This document shows positions 45,991-59,100 of a DNA stretch of 64,000 nucleotides, piece after piece. Origin of the DNA: the human T2T-CHM13v2.0 reference genome, Homo sapiens; NCBI RefSeq assembly GCF_009914755.1, contig NC_060940.1; one strand, 5' to 3'. A program made the translations under genes and the position numbers. Below the pieces are notes generated by a model. That model worked only from the letters and a program-made list of their open reading frames with translations. It was not told where the DNA came from and ran no database searches. How positions within the stretch are numbered: the stretch's first letter is position 1; the number at the start of each line of letters is the position of its first letter.

Positions 45991-47349
45991 GTGATGTGTG
46001 CGTTCAACTCACAGAGTTTAACTTTTCTTTTCATTCAGCAGTTTGGAAACACTCTGTTTGTAAAGTCTGCAAGTGGATATCTTGGCCTCTTAGAGGCCTT
46101 CGTTGGAAACGGGTTTTTTCATGTAAGGATAGACAGAGGAATTCCCAGTAACTTCCTTGTGTTGTGTGCATTCAACTCACAGAGTTGAATGATTCTTTAC
46201 ACAGAGCAGATTTGAGACACTCTTTTGGTGGAATTTGTAAGTGGAGAATTCAGCCGCTTTGAGGTCAACGGTAGAAAAGGAAATATCTTCGTATAAAAAC
46301 TAGACAGAATGATTCTCAGAAACTCCTTTGTGATGTGTGCGTTCAACTCACAGAGTTTAACCTTTCTTTTCACAGAGCAGTTAGGAAACACTCTGTTTGT
46401 GAAGCCTGCCAGTGGATATTCGGACCTCTTTGAGGCCTTCGTTGGAAACGGGATTTCTTCATATTATGCTAGACAGAAGATTTCTCAGTAACTTCTTTGT
46501 GTTGTGTGTATGCAACTCACAGAGTTCAACCTTCCTTTAGACAGAGCAGATTTGAAACACTCTTTTTGTGGAATTTGCAAGTGGAGATTTCAAGCGCTTC
46601 GATGCCAATGGTAGAAAAGGAAATATCTTCGTATAAAAACAAGACAAACTCGTTCCCAGACACTGCGTAGTGATGTGTGTGTTTAACTCACAGAGTTTCA
46701 CCTTTCTTTTCATACAGCATTCTGGAAACCCTCTGTTTGTAAAGTCTGCAAGTGGATATTTGGACCTCTTAGATGCCTTCGTTGGAAACGGGATTTCTTC
46801 ATATAATGCTAGAGGGAAGAATTCTTAGTAACTTCTTTGTGTTGTGTGTATTCAACTGACAGAGTTGAACCTTCCTTTAGACAGAGCAGATTTGAAAGTC
46901 TCTTTTTGTGGAATTTGCAAGTGGAGATTTCAAGCGCTTTGAGGCCAAAAGCAGAAAAGGAAATATTTTCCTATAAAAACTAGACAGAATCTTTCTCAGA
47001 AACTGCTCTGGGATGTGTGCGTTCAACTCACAGAGTTTAACTTTTCTTTTCATTCAGCAGTTTGGAAACACTCTGTTTGGAAAGTCTGCACGTGGATATT
47101 TTGACCTCTTTGAGGCCTTCGTTGGAAACGGGTTTTTTTCATGTAACGCTAGACAGAAGAAATCTCAGTAACTTCCTTGTGTTGTGTGTATTCAACTGAC
47201 AGAGTTGAACCTTCTTTTAGACAGAGCAGATTCGAAACACTCTTTTTCTGCAATTAGCAAGTGGAGACTTCAAGCGCTTTGAGGCCAAAGGCAGAAAAGG
47301 AAATATCTTCGTATAAAAACCCGACAGAATCATTCTCAGAAACTGCTCT
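45991..47349 (+). repeat. 8-mer HOR structural variant (1359 bp), lacking the m6+m7 dimer
   Basis: m4 register 45991->47350. The m5 end (GAGGTCAACGGTAG, 46261-46274) is followed directly by m8 (AACTCCTTTG at 46321; GTGAAGCCTGCC at ~46400). Confidence 0.93.
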
Positions 47350-49048
47350 GTGATGTGTGCGTTCAACTCACAGAGTTTAACTTTTCTTTTCATTCAGCAG
47401 TTTGGAAACACTCTGTTTGTAAAGTCTGCAAGTGGATATCTTGGCCTCTTAGAGGCCTTCGTTGGAAACGGGTTTTTTCATGTAAGGTTAGACAGAGGAA
47501 TTCCCAGTAACTTCCTTGTGTTGTGTGCATTCAACTCACAGAGTTGAATGATTCTTTACACAGAGCAGATTTGAGACACTCTTTTGGTGGAATTTGTAAG
47601 TGGAGAATTCAGCCGCTTTGAGGTCAACGGTAGAAAAGGAAATATCTTCGTATAAAAACTAGACAGAATGATTCTCAGAAACTGTTTTGTGATGTGTGCG
47701 TTCAACTCACAGAGTTTAACCTTTCTTTTCAAAGAGCAGTTAGGAAACACTCTGTTTGTAAAGTCTGCAAGTGGATATTCAGACCTCTTTGAGGCCTTCG
47801 TTGGAAACGGGATTTCTTCATATTATGCTAGACAGATGAATTCTCAGTAACTTCCTTGTGTTGTGTGTATTCAACTCACAGAGTTGAACGATCCTTTACA
47901 CAGAGCAGATTTGAAACACTGTTTTTCTGGAATTTGCAAGTGGAGATTTCAGCCGCTTTGAGGTCAATGGTAGAAAAAGAAATATCTTCGTATAAAAACT
48001 AGACAGAATGATTCTCAGAAACTCCTTTGTGATGTGTGCGTTCAACTCACAGAGTTTAACCTTTCTTTTCCCAGAGCAGTTAGGAAACACTCTGTTTGTG
48101 AAGCCTGCCAGTGGATATTCGGACCTCTTTGAGGCCTTCGTTGGAAACGGGATTTCTTCATATTATGCTAGACAGAAGATTTCTCAGTAACTTCTTTGTG
48201 TTGTGTGTATGCAACTCACAGAGTTCAACCTTCCTTTAGACAGAGCAGATTTGAAACACTCTTTTTGTGGAATTTGCAAGTGGAGATTTCAAGCGCTTCG
48301 ATGCCAATGGTAGAAAAGGAAATATCTTCGTATAAAAACAAGACAAACTCGTTCCCAGACACTGCGTAGTGATGTGTGTGTTTAACTCACAGAGTTTCAC
48401 CTTTCTTTTCATACAGCATTCTGGAAACCCTCTGTTTGTAAAGTCTGCAAGTGGATATTTGGACCTCTTAGATGCCTTCGTTGGAAACGGGATTTCTTCA
48501 TATAATGCTAGAGGGAAGAATTCTTAGTAACTTCTTTGTGTTGTGTGTATTCAACTGACAGAGTTGAACCTTCCTTTAGACAGAGCAGATTTGAAAGTCT
48601 CTTTTTGTGGAATTTGCAAGTGGAGATTTCAAGCGCTTTGAGGCCAAAAGCAGAAAAGGAAATATTTTCCTATAAAAACTAGACAGAGTCTTTCTCAGAA
48701 ACTGCTCTGGGATGTGTGCGTTCAACTCACAGAGTTTAACTTTTCTTTTCATTCAGCAGTTTGGAAACACTCTGTTTGGAAAGTCTGCACGAGGATATTT
48801 TGACCTCTTTGAGGCCTTCGTTGGAAACGGGTTTTTTTAATGTAACGCTAGACAGAAGAAATCTCAGTAACTTCCTTGTGTTGTGTGTATTCAACTGACA
48901 GAGTTGAACCTTCCTTTAGACAGAGCAGATTTGAAACACTCTTTTTGTGGAATTTGCAAGTGGAGATTTCAAGCGCTTTGAGGCCAAAAGCAGAAAAGGA
49001 AATATTTTCCTATAAAAACTAGACAGAATCTTTCTCAGAAACTGCTCT
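47350..49048 (+). repeat. Length-neutral chimeric 10-mer in which most of m3 is replaced by the 6-mer junction monomer
   Basis: The unit is 1699 bp. 48925-49040 lacks all m3 markers (GATTCGAAAC, CTGCAATT, GACTTC, AAAGGCAG, ACCCGAC). It reads GATTTGAAACACTCTTTTTGTGG...CAAAAGCAG...TTTTCCTATAAAAACTAGACAGAATCTTTCTC instead. Confidence 0.88.
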
Positions 49049-52000
49049 GTGATGTGTGCGTTCAACTCACAGAGTTTAACTTTTCTTTTCATTCAGCAGT
49101 TTGGAAACACTCTGTTTGTAAAGTCTGCAAGTGGATATCTTGGCCTCTTAGAGGCCTTCGTTGGAAACGGGTTTTTTCATGTAAGGATAGACAGAGGAAT
49201 TCCCAGTAACTTCCTTGTGTTGTGTGCATTCAACTCACAGAGTTGAATGATTCTTTACACAGAGCAGATTTGAGACACTCTTTTGGTGGAATTTGTAAGT
49301 GGAGAATTCAGCCGCTTTGAGGTCAACGGTAGAAAAGGAAATATCTTCGTATAAAAACTAGACAGAATGATTCTCAGAAACTGTTTTGTGATGTGTGCGT
49401 TCAACTCACAGAGTTTAACCTTTCTTTTCAAAGAGCAGTTAGGAAACACTCTGTTTGTAAAGTCTGCAAGTGGATATTCAGACCTCTTTGAGGCCTTCGT
49501 TGGAAACGGGATTTCTTCATATTATGCTAGACAGATGAATTCTCAGTAACTTCCTTGTGTTGTGTGTATTCAACTCACAGAGTTAAACGATCCTTTACAC
49601 AGAGCAGATTTGAAACACTGTTTTTCTGGAATTTGCAAGTGGAGATTTCAGCCGCTTTGAGGTCAATGGTAGAAAAGGAAATATCTTCGTATAAAAACTA
49701 GACAGAATGATTCTCAGAAACTCCTTTGTGATGTGTGCGTTCAACTCACAGAGTTTAACCTTTCTTTTCACAGAGCAGTTAGGAAACACTCTGTTTGTGA
49801 AGCCTGCCAGTGGATATTCGGACCTCTTTGAGGCCTTCGTTGGAAACGGGATTTCTTCATATTATGCTAGACAGAAGATTTCTCAGTAACTTCTTTGTGT
49901 TGTGTGTATGCAACTCACAGAGTTCAACCTTCCTTTAGACAGAGCAGATTTGAAACACTCTTTTTGTGGAATTTGCAAGTGGAGATTTCAAGCGCTTCGA
50001 TGCCAATGGTAGAAAAGGAAATATCTTCGTATAAAAACAAGACAAACTCGTTCCCAGACACTGCGTAGTGATGTGTGTGTTTAACTCACAGAGTTTCACC
50101 TTTCTTTTCATACAGCATTCTGGAAACCCTCTGTTTGTAAAGTCTGCAAGTGGATATTTGGACCTCTTAGATGCCTTCGTTGGAAACGGGATTTCTTCAT
50201 ATAATGCTAGAGGGAAGAATTCTTAGTAACTTCTTTGTGTTGTGTGTATTCAACTGACAGAGTTGAACCTTCCTTTAGACAGAGCAGATTTGAAAGTCTC
50301 TTTTTGTGGAATTTGCAAGTGGAGATTTCAAGCGCTTTGAGGCCAAAAGCAGAAAAGGAAATATTTTCCTATAAAAACTAGACAGAATCTTTCTCAGAAA
50401 CTGCTCTGGGATGTGTGCGTTCAACTCACAGAGTTTAACTTTTCTTTTCATTCAGCAGTTTGGAAACACTCTGTTTGGAAAGTCTGCACGTGGATATTTT
50501 GACCTCTTTGAGGCCTTCGTTGGAAACGGGTTTTTTTCATGTAAGGCTAGACAGAAGAAATCTCAGTAACTTCCTTGTGTTGTGTGTATTCAACTGACAG
50601 AGTTGAACCTTCTTTTAGACAGAGCAGATTCGAAACACTCTTTTTCTGCAATTTGCAAGTGGAGACTTCAAGCGCTTTGAGGCCAAAGGCAGAAAAGGAA
50701 ATATCTTCGTATAAAAACCCGACAGAATCATTCTCAGAAACTGCTCTGTGATGTGTGCGTTCAACTCACAGAGTTTAACTTTTCTTTTCATTCAGCAGTT
50801 TGGAAACACTCTGTTTGTAAAGTCTGCAAGTGGATATCTTGGCCTCTTAGAGGCCTTCGTTGGAAGCGGGTTTTTTCATGTAAGGATAGACAGAGGAATT
50901 CCCAGTAACTTCCTTGTGTTGTGTGCATTCAACTCACAGAGTTGAATGATTCTTTACACAGAGCAGATTTGAGACACTCTTTTGGTGGAATTTGTAAGTG
51001 GAGAATTCAGCCGCTTTGAGGTCAACGGTAGAAAAGGAAATATCTTCGTATAAAAACTAGACAGAATGATTCTCAGAAACTGTTTTGTGATGTGTGCGTT
51101 CAACTCACAGAGTTTAACCTTTCTTTTCAAAGAGCAGTTAGGAAACACTCTGTTTGTAAAGTCTGCAAGTGGATATTCAGACCTCTTTGAGGCCTTCGTT
51201 GGAAACGGGATTTCTTCATATTATGCTAGACAGATGAATTCTCAGTAACTTCCTTGTGTTGTGTGTATTCAACTCACAGAGTTGAACGATCCTTTACACA
51301 GAGCAGATTTGAAACACTGTTTTTCAGGAATTTGCAAGTGGAGATTTCAGCCGCTTTGAGGTCAATGGTAGAAAAGGAAATATCTTCGTATAAAAACTAG
51401 ACAGAATGATTCTCAGAAACTCCTTTGTGATGTGTGCGTTCAACTCACAGAGTTTAACCTTTCTTTTCACAGAGCAGTTAGGAAACACTCTGTTTGTGAA
51501 GCCTGCCAGTGGATATTCGGACCTCTTTGAGGCCTTCGTTGGAAACGGGATTTCTTCATATTATGCTAGACAGAAGATTTCTCAGTAACTTCTTTGTGTT
51601 GTGTGTATGCAACTCACAGAGTTCAACCTTCCTTTAGACAGAGCAGATTTGAAACACTCTTTTTGTGGAATTTGCAAGTGGAGATTTCAAGCGCTTCGAT
51701 GCCAATGGTAGAAAAGGAAATATCTTCGTATAAAAACAAGACAAACTCGTTCCCAGACACTGCGTAGTGATGTGTGTGTTTAACTCACAGAGTTTCACCT
51801 TTCTTTTCATACAGCATTCTGGAAACCCTCTGTTTGTAAAGTCTGCAAGTGGATATTTGGACCTCTTAGATGCCTTCGTTGGAAACGGGATTTCTTCATA
51901 TAATGCTAGAGGGAAGAATTCTTAGTAACTTCTTTGTGTTGTGTGTATTCAACTGACAGAGTTGAACCTTCCTTTAGACAGAGCAGATTTGAAAGTCTCT

Positions 52001-54144
52001 TTTTGTGGAATTTGCAAGTGGAGATTTCAAGCGCTTTGAGGCCAAAAGCAGAAAAGGAAATATTTTCCTATAAAAACTAGACAGAATCTTTCTCAGAAAC
52101 TGCTCTGGGATGTGTGCGTTCAACTCACAGAGTTTAACTTTTCTTTTCATTCAGCAGTTTGGAAACACTCTGTTTGGAAAGTCTGCACGTGGATATTTTG
52201 ACCTCTTTGAGGCCTTCGTTGGAAACGGGTTTTTTTCATGTAAGGCTAGACAGAAGAAATCTCAGTAACTTCCTTGTGTTGTGTGTATTCAACTGACAGA
52301 GTTGAACCTTCTTTTAGACAGAGCAGATTCGAAACACTCTTTTTCTGCAATTTGCAAGTGGAGACTTCAAGCGCTTTGAGGCCAAAGGCAGAAAAGGGAA
52401 TATCTTCGTATAAAAACCCGACAGAATCATTCTCAGAAACTGCTCTGTGATGTGTGCGTTCAACTCACAGAGTTTAACTTTTCTTTTCATTCAGCAGTTT
52501 GGAAACACTCTGTTTGTAAAGTCTGCAAGTGGATATCTTGGCCTCTTAGAGGCCTTCGTTGGAAACGGGTTTTTTCATGTAAGGTTAGACAGAGGAATTC
52601 CCAGTAACTTCCTTGTGTTGTGTGCATTCAACTCACAGAGTTGAATGATTCTTTACACAGAGCAGATTTGAGACACTCTTTTGGTGGAATTTGTTAGTGG
52701 AGAATTCAGCCGCTTTGAGGTCAACGGTAGAAAAGGAAATATCTTCGTATAAAAACTAGACAGAATGATTCTCAGAAACTGTTTTGTGATGTGTGCGTTC
52801 AACTCACAGAGTTTAACCTTTCTTTTCAAAGAGCAGTTAGGAAACACTCTGTTTGTAAAGTCTGCAAGTGGATATTCAGACCTCTTTGAGGCCTTCGTTG
52901 GAAACGGGATTTCTTCATATTATGCTAGACAGATGAATTCTCAGTAACTTCCTTGTGTTGTGTGCATTCAACTCACAGAGTTGAACGATCCTTTACACAG
53001 AGCAGATTTGAAACACTGTTTTTCTGGAATTTGCAAGTGGAGATTTCAGCCGCTTTGAGGTCAATGGTAGAAAAAGAAATATCTTCGTATAAAAACTAGA
53101 CAGAATGATTATCAGAAACTCCTTTGTGATGTGTGCGTTCAACTCACAGAGTTTAACCTTTCTTTTCACAGAGCAGTTAGGAAACACTCTGTTTGTGAAG
53201 CCTGCCAGTGGATATTCGGACCTCTTTGAGGCCTTCGTTGGAAACGGGATTTCTTCATATTATGCTAGACAGAAGATTTCTCAGTAACTTCTTTGTGTTG
53301 TGTGTATGCAACTCACAGAGTTCAACCTTCCTTTAGACAGAGCAGATTTGAAACACTCTTTTTGTGGAATTTGCAAGTGGAGATTTCAAGCGCTTCGATG
53401 CCAATGGTAGAAAAGGAAATATCTTCGTATAAAAACAAGACAAACTCGTTCCCAGACACTGCGTAGTGATGTGTGTGTTTAACTCACAGAGTTTCACCTT
53501 TCTTTTCATACAGCATTCTGGAAACCCTCTGTTTGTAAGTCTGCAAGTGGATATTTGGACCTCTTAGATGCCTTCGTTGGAAACGGGATTTCTTCATATA
53601 ATGCTAGAGGGAAGAATTCTTAGTAACTTCTTTGTGTTGTGTGTATTCAACTGACAGAGTTGAACCTTCCTTTAGACAGAGCAGATTTGAAAGTCTCTTT
53701 TTGTGGAATTTGCAAGTGGAGATTTCAAGCGCTTTGAGGCCAAAAGCAGAAAAGGAAATATTTTCCTATAAAAACTAGACAGAATCTTTCTCAGAAACTG
53801 CTCTGGGATGTGTGCGTTCAACTCACAGAGTTTAACTTTTCTTTTCATTCAGCAGTTTGGAAACACTCTGTTTGGAAAGTCTGCACGTGGATATTTTGAC
53901 CTCTTTGAGGCCTTCGTTGGAAACGGGTTTTTTTCATGTAACGCTAGACAGAAGAAATCTCAGTAACTTCCTTGTGTTGTGTGTATTCAACTGACAGAGT
54001 TGAACCTTCCTTTAGACAGAGCAGATTCGAAACACTCTTTTTCTGCAATTTGCAAGTGGAGACTTCAAGCGCTTTGAGGCCAAAGGCAGAAAAGGAAATA
54101 TCTTCGTATAAAAACCCGACAGAATCATTCTCAGAAACTGCTCT

Positions 54145-56181
54145 GTGATGTGTGCGTTCAACTCACAGAGTTTAACTTTTCTTTTCATTCAGCAGTTTGG
54201 AAACACTCTGTTTGTAAAGTCTGCAAGTGGATATCTTGGCCTCTTAGAGGCCTTCGTTGGAAACGGGTTTTTTCATGTAAGGTTAGACAGAGGAATTCCC
54301 AGTAACTTCCTTTTGTTGTGTGCATTCAACTCACAGAGTTGAATGATTCTTTACACAGAGCAGATTTGAGACACTCTTTTGGTGGAATTTGTAAGTGGAG
54401 AATTCAGCTGCTTTGAGGTCAACGGTAGAAAAGGAAATATCTTCGTATAAAAACTAGACAGAATGATTCTCAGAAACTGTTTTGTGATGTGTGCGTTCAA
54501 CTCACAGAGTTTAACCTTTCTTTTCAAAGAGCAGTTAGGAAACACTCTGTTTGTAAAGTCTGCAAGTGGATATTCAGACCTCTTTGAGGCCTTCGTTGGA
54601 AACGGGATTTCTTCATATTATGCTAGACAGATGAATTCTCAGTAACTTCCTTGGTTGTGTGTATTCAACTCACAGAGTTGAACGATCCTTTACACAGAGC
54701 AGATTTGAAACACTGTTTTTCTGGAATTTGCAAGTGGAGATTTCAGCTGCTTTGAGGTCAATGGTAGAAAAGGAAATATCTTCGTATAAAAACTAGACAG
54801 AATGATTCTCAGAAACTCCTTTGTGATGTGTGCGTTCAACTCACAGAGTTTAACCTTTCTTTTCACAGAGCAGTTAGGAAACACTCTGTTTGTGAAGCCT
54901 GCCAGTGGATATTCGGACCTCTTTGAGGCCTTCGTTGGAAACGGGATTTCTTCATATTATGCTAGACAGAAGATTTCTCAGTAACTTCTTTGTGTTGTGT
55001 GTATGCAACTCACAGAGTTCAACCTTCCTTTAGACAGAGCAGATTTGAAACACTCTTTTTGTGGAATTTGCAAGTGGAGATTTCAAGCGCTTTGAGGCCA
55101 AAAGCAGAAAAGGAAATATTTTCCTATAAAAACTAGACAGAATCTTTCTCAGAAACTGCTCTGTGATGAGTGCGTTCAACTCACAGAGTTTAACTTTTCT
55201 TTTCATTCAGCAGTTTGGAAACACTCTGTTTGTAAAGTCTGCAAGTGGATTTCTTGGCCTCTTAGAGGCCTTCGTTGGAAACGGGTTTTTTCATGTAAGG
55301 ATAGACAGAGGAATTCCCAGTAACTTCCTTGTGTTGTGTGCATTCAACTCACAGAGTTGAATGATTCTTTACACAGAGCAGATTTGAGACACTCTTTTGG
55401 TGGAATTTGTAAGTGGAGAATTCAGCTGCTTTGAGGTCAACGGTAGAAAAGGAAATATCTTCGTATAAAAACTAGACAGAATGATTCTCAGAAACTGTTT
55501 TGTGATGTGTGCGTTCAACTCACAGAGTTTAACCTTTCTTTTCAAAGAGCAGTTAGGAAACACTCTGTTTGTAAAGTCTGCAAGTGGATATTCAGACCTC
55601 TTTGAGGCCTTCGTTGGAAACGGGATTTCTTCATATTATGCTAGACAGATGAATTCTCAGTAACTTCCTTGTGTTGTGTGTATTCAACTCACAGAGTTAA
55701 ACGATCATTTACACAGAACAGATTTGAAACACTGTTTTTCTGGAATTTGCAAGTTGAGATTTCAGCCGCTTTGAGGTCAATGGTAGAAAAGGAAATATCT
55801 TCGTATAAAAACTAGACAGAATGATTCTCAGAAACTCCTTTGTGATGTGTGCGTTCAACTCACAGAGTTTAACCTTTCTTTTCACAGAGCAGTTAGGAAA
55901 CACTCTGTTTGTGAAGCCTGCCAGTGGATATTCGGACCTCTTTGAGGCCTTCGTTGGAAACGGGATTTCTTCATATTATGCTAGACAGAAGATTTCTCAG
56001 TAACTTCTTTGTGTTGTGTGTATGCAACTCACAGAGTTCAACCTTCCTTTAGACAGAGCAGATTTGAAACACTCTTTTTGTGGAATTTGCAAGTGGAGAT
56101 TTCAAGCGCTTTGAGGCCAAAAGCAGAAAAGGAAATATTTTCCTATAAAAACTAGACAGAATCTTTCTCAGAAACTGCTCT
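54145..56181 (+). repeat. Two tandem 6-mer HOR variants, #4 (54145-55162) and #5 (55163-56181)
   Basis: m4 register 54145->55163->~56182; hybrid junctions at ~55045-55165 and ~56065-56185. Confidence 0.92.
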
Positions 56182-59100
56182 GTGATGTGTGCGTTCAACT
56201 CACAGAGTTTAACTTTTCTTTTCATTCAGCAGTTTGGAAACACTCTGTTTGTAAGTCTGCAAGTGGATATCTTGGCCTCTTAGAGGCCTTCGTTGGAAAC
56301 GGGTTTTTTCATGTAAGGATAGACAGAGGAATTCCCAGTAACTTCCTTGTGTTGTGTGCATTCAACTCACAGAGTTGAATGATTCTTTACACAGAGCAGA
56401 TTTGAGACACTCTTTTGGTGGAATTTGTTAGTGGAGAATTCAGCCGCTTTGAGGTCAACGGTAGAAAAGGAAATATCTTCGTATAAAAACTAGACAGAAT
56501 GATTCTCAGAAACTGTTTTGTGATGTGTGCGTTCAACTCACAGTGTTTAACCTTTCTTTTCAAAGAGCAGTTAGGAAACACTCTGTTTGTAAAGTCTGCA
56601 AGTGGATATTCAGACCTCTTTGAGGCCTTCGTTGGAAACGGGATTTCTTCATATTATGCTAGACAGATGAATTCTCAGTAACTTCCTTGTGTTGTGTGTA
56701 TTCAACTCACAGAGTTGAACGATCCTTTACACAGAGCAGATTTGAAACACTGTTTTTCTGGAATTTGCAAGTGGAGATTTCAGCCGCTTTGAGGTCAATG
56801 GTAGAAAAGGAAATATCTTCGTATAAAAACTAGACAGAATGATTCTCAGAAACTCCTTTGTGATGTGTGCGTTCAACTCACAGAGTTTAACCTTTCTTTT
56901 CACAGAGCAGTTAGGGAACACTCTGTTTGTGAAGCCTGCCAGTGGATATTCGGACCTCTTTGAGGCCTTCGTTGGAAACGGGATTTCTTCATATTATGCT
57001 AGACAGAAGATTTCTCAGTAACTTCTTTGTGTTGTGTGTATGCAACTCACAGAGTTCAACCTTCCTTTAGACAGAGCAGATTTGAAACACTCTTTTTGTG
57101 GAATTTGCAAGTGGAGATTTCAAGCGCTTCGATGCCAATGGTAGAAAAGGAAATATCTTCGTATAAAAACAAGACAAACTCGTTCCCAGACACTGCGTAG
57201 TGATGTGTGTGTTTAACTCACAGAGTTTCACCTTTCTTTTCATACAGCATTCTGGAAACCCTCTGTTTGTAAAGTCTGCAAGTGGATATTTGGACCTCTT
57301 AGATGCCTTCGTTGGAAACGGGATTTCTTCATATAATGCTAGAGGGAAGAATTCTTAGTAACTTCTTTGTGTTGTGTGTATTCAACTGACAGAGTTGAAC
57401 CTTCCTTTAGACAGAGCAGATTTGAAAGTCTCTTTTTGTGGAATTTGCAAGTGGAGATTTCAAGCGCTTTGAGGCCAAAAGCAGAAAAGGAAATATTTTC
57501 CTATAAAAACTAGACAGAATCTTTCTCAGAAACTGCTCTGGGATGTGTGCGTTCAACTCACAGAGTTTAACTTTTCTTTTCATTCAGCAGTTTGGAAACA
57601 CTCTGTTTGGAAAGTCTGCACGTGGATATTTTGACCTCTTTGAGGCCTTCGTTGGAAACGGGTTTTTTTCATGTAAGGCTAGACAGAAGAAATCTCAGTA
57701 ACTTCCTTGTGTTGTGTGTATTCAACTGACAGAGTTGAACCTTCTTTTAGACAGAGCAGATTCGAAACACTCTTTTTCTGCAATTTGCAAGTGGAGACTT
57801 CAAGCGCTTTGAGGCCAAAGGCAGAAAAGGAAATATCTTCGTATAAAAACCCGACAGAATCATTCTCAGAAACTGCTCTGTGATGTGTGCGTTCAACTCA
57901 CAGAGTTTAACTTTTCTTTTCATTCAGCAGTTTGGAAACACTCTGTTTGTAAAGTCTGCAAGTGGATATCTTGGCCTCTTAGAGGCCTTCGTTGGAAACG
58001 GGTTTTTTCATGTAAGGTTAGACCGAGGAATTCCCAGTAACTTCCTTGTGTTGTGTGCATTCAACTCGCAGAGTTGAATGATTCTTTACACAGAGCAGAT
58101 TTGAGACACTCTTTTGGTGGAATTTGTAAGTGGAGAATTCAGCCGCTTTGAGGTCAACGGTAGAAAAGGAAATATCTTCGTATAAAAACTAGACAGAATG
58201 ATTCTCAGAAACTGTTTTGTGATGTGTGCGTTCAACTCACAGAGTTTAACCTTTCTTTTCAAAGAGCAGTTAGGAAAAACTCTGTTTGTAAAGTCTGCAA
58301 GTGGATATTCAGACCTCTTTGAGGCCTTCGTTGGAAACGGGATTTCTTCATATTATGCTAGACAGATGAATTCTCAGTAACTTCCTTGTGTTGTGTGTAT
58401 TCAACTCACAGAGTTGAACGATCCTTTACACAGAGCAGATTTGAAACACTGTTTTTCTGGAATTTGCAAGTGGAGATTTCAGCCGCTTTGAGGTCAATGG
58501 TAGAAAAGGAAATATCTTCGTATAAAAACTAGACAGAATGATTCTCAGAAACTCCTTTGTGATGTGTGCGTTCAACTCACAGAGTTTAACCTTTCTTTTC
58601 ACGGAGCAGTTAAGAAACACTCTGTTTGTGAAGCCTGCCAGTGGATATTCGGACCTCTTTGAGGCCTTCGTTGGAAACGGGATTTCTTCATATTATGCTA
58701 GACAGAAGATTTCTCAGTAACTTCTTTGTGTTGTGTGTATGCAACTCACAGAGTTCAACCTTCCTTTAGACAGAGCAGATTTGAAACACTCTTTTTGTGG
58801 AATTTGCAAGTGGAGATTTCAAGCGCTTCGATGCCAATGGTAGAAAAGGAAATATCTTCGTATAAAAACAAGACAAACTCGTTCCCAGACACTGCGTAGT
58901 GATGTGTGTGTTTAACTCACAGAGTTTCACCTTTCTTTTCATACAGCATTCTGGAAACCCTCTGTTTGTAAAGTCTGCAAGTGGATATTTGGACCTCTTA
59001 GATGCCTTCGTTGGAAACGGGATTTCTTCATATAATGCTAGAGGGAAGAATTCTTAGTAACTTCTTTGTGTTGTGTGTATTCAACTGACAGAGTTGAACC

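Noticed and set aside
50855-50871. Variant CENP-B box CTTCGTTGGAAGCGGGT
   Set aside because: Position 12 is R in the consensus, so the box remains compatible with binding.
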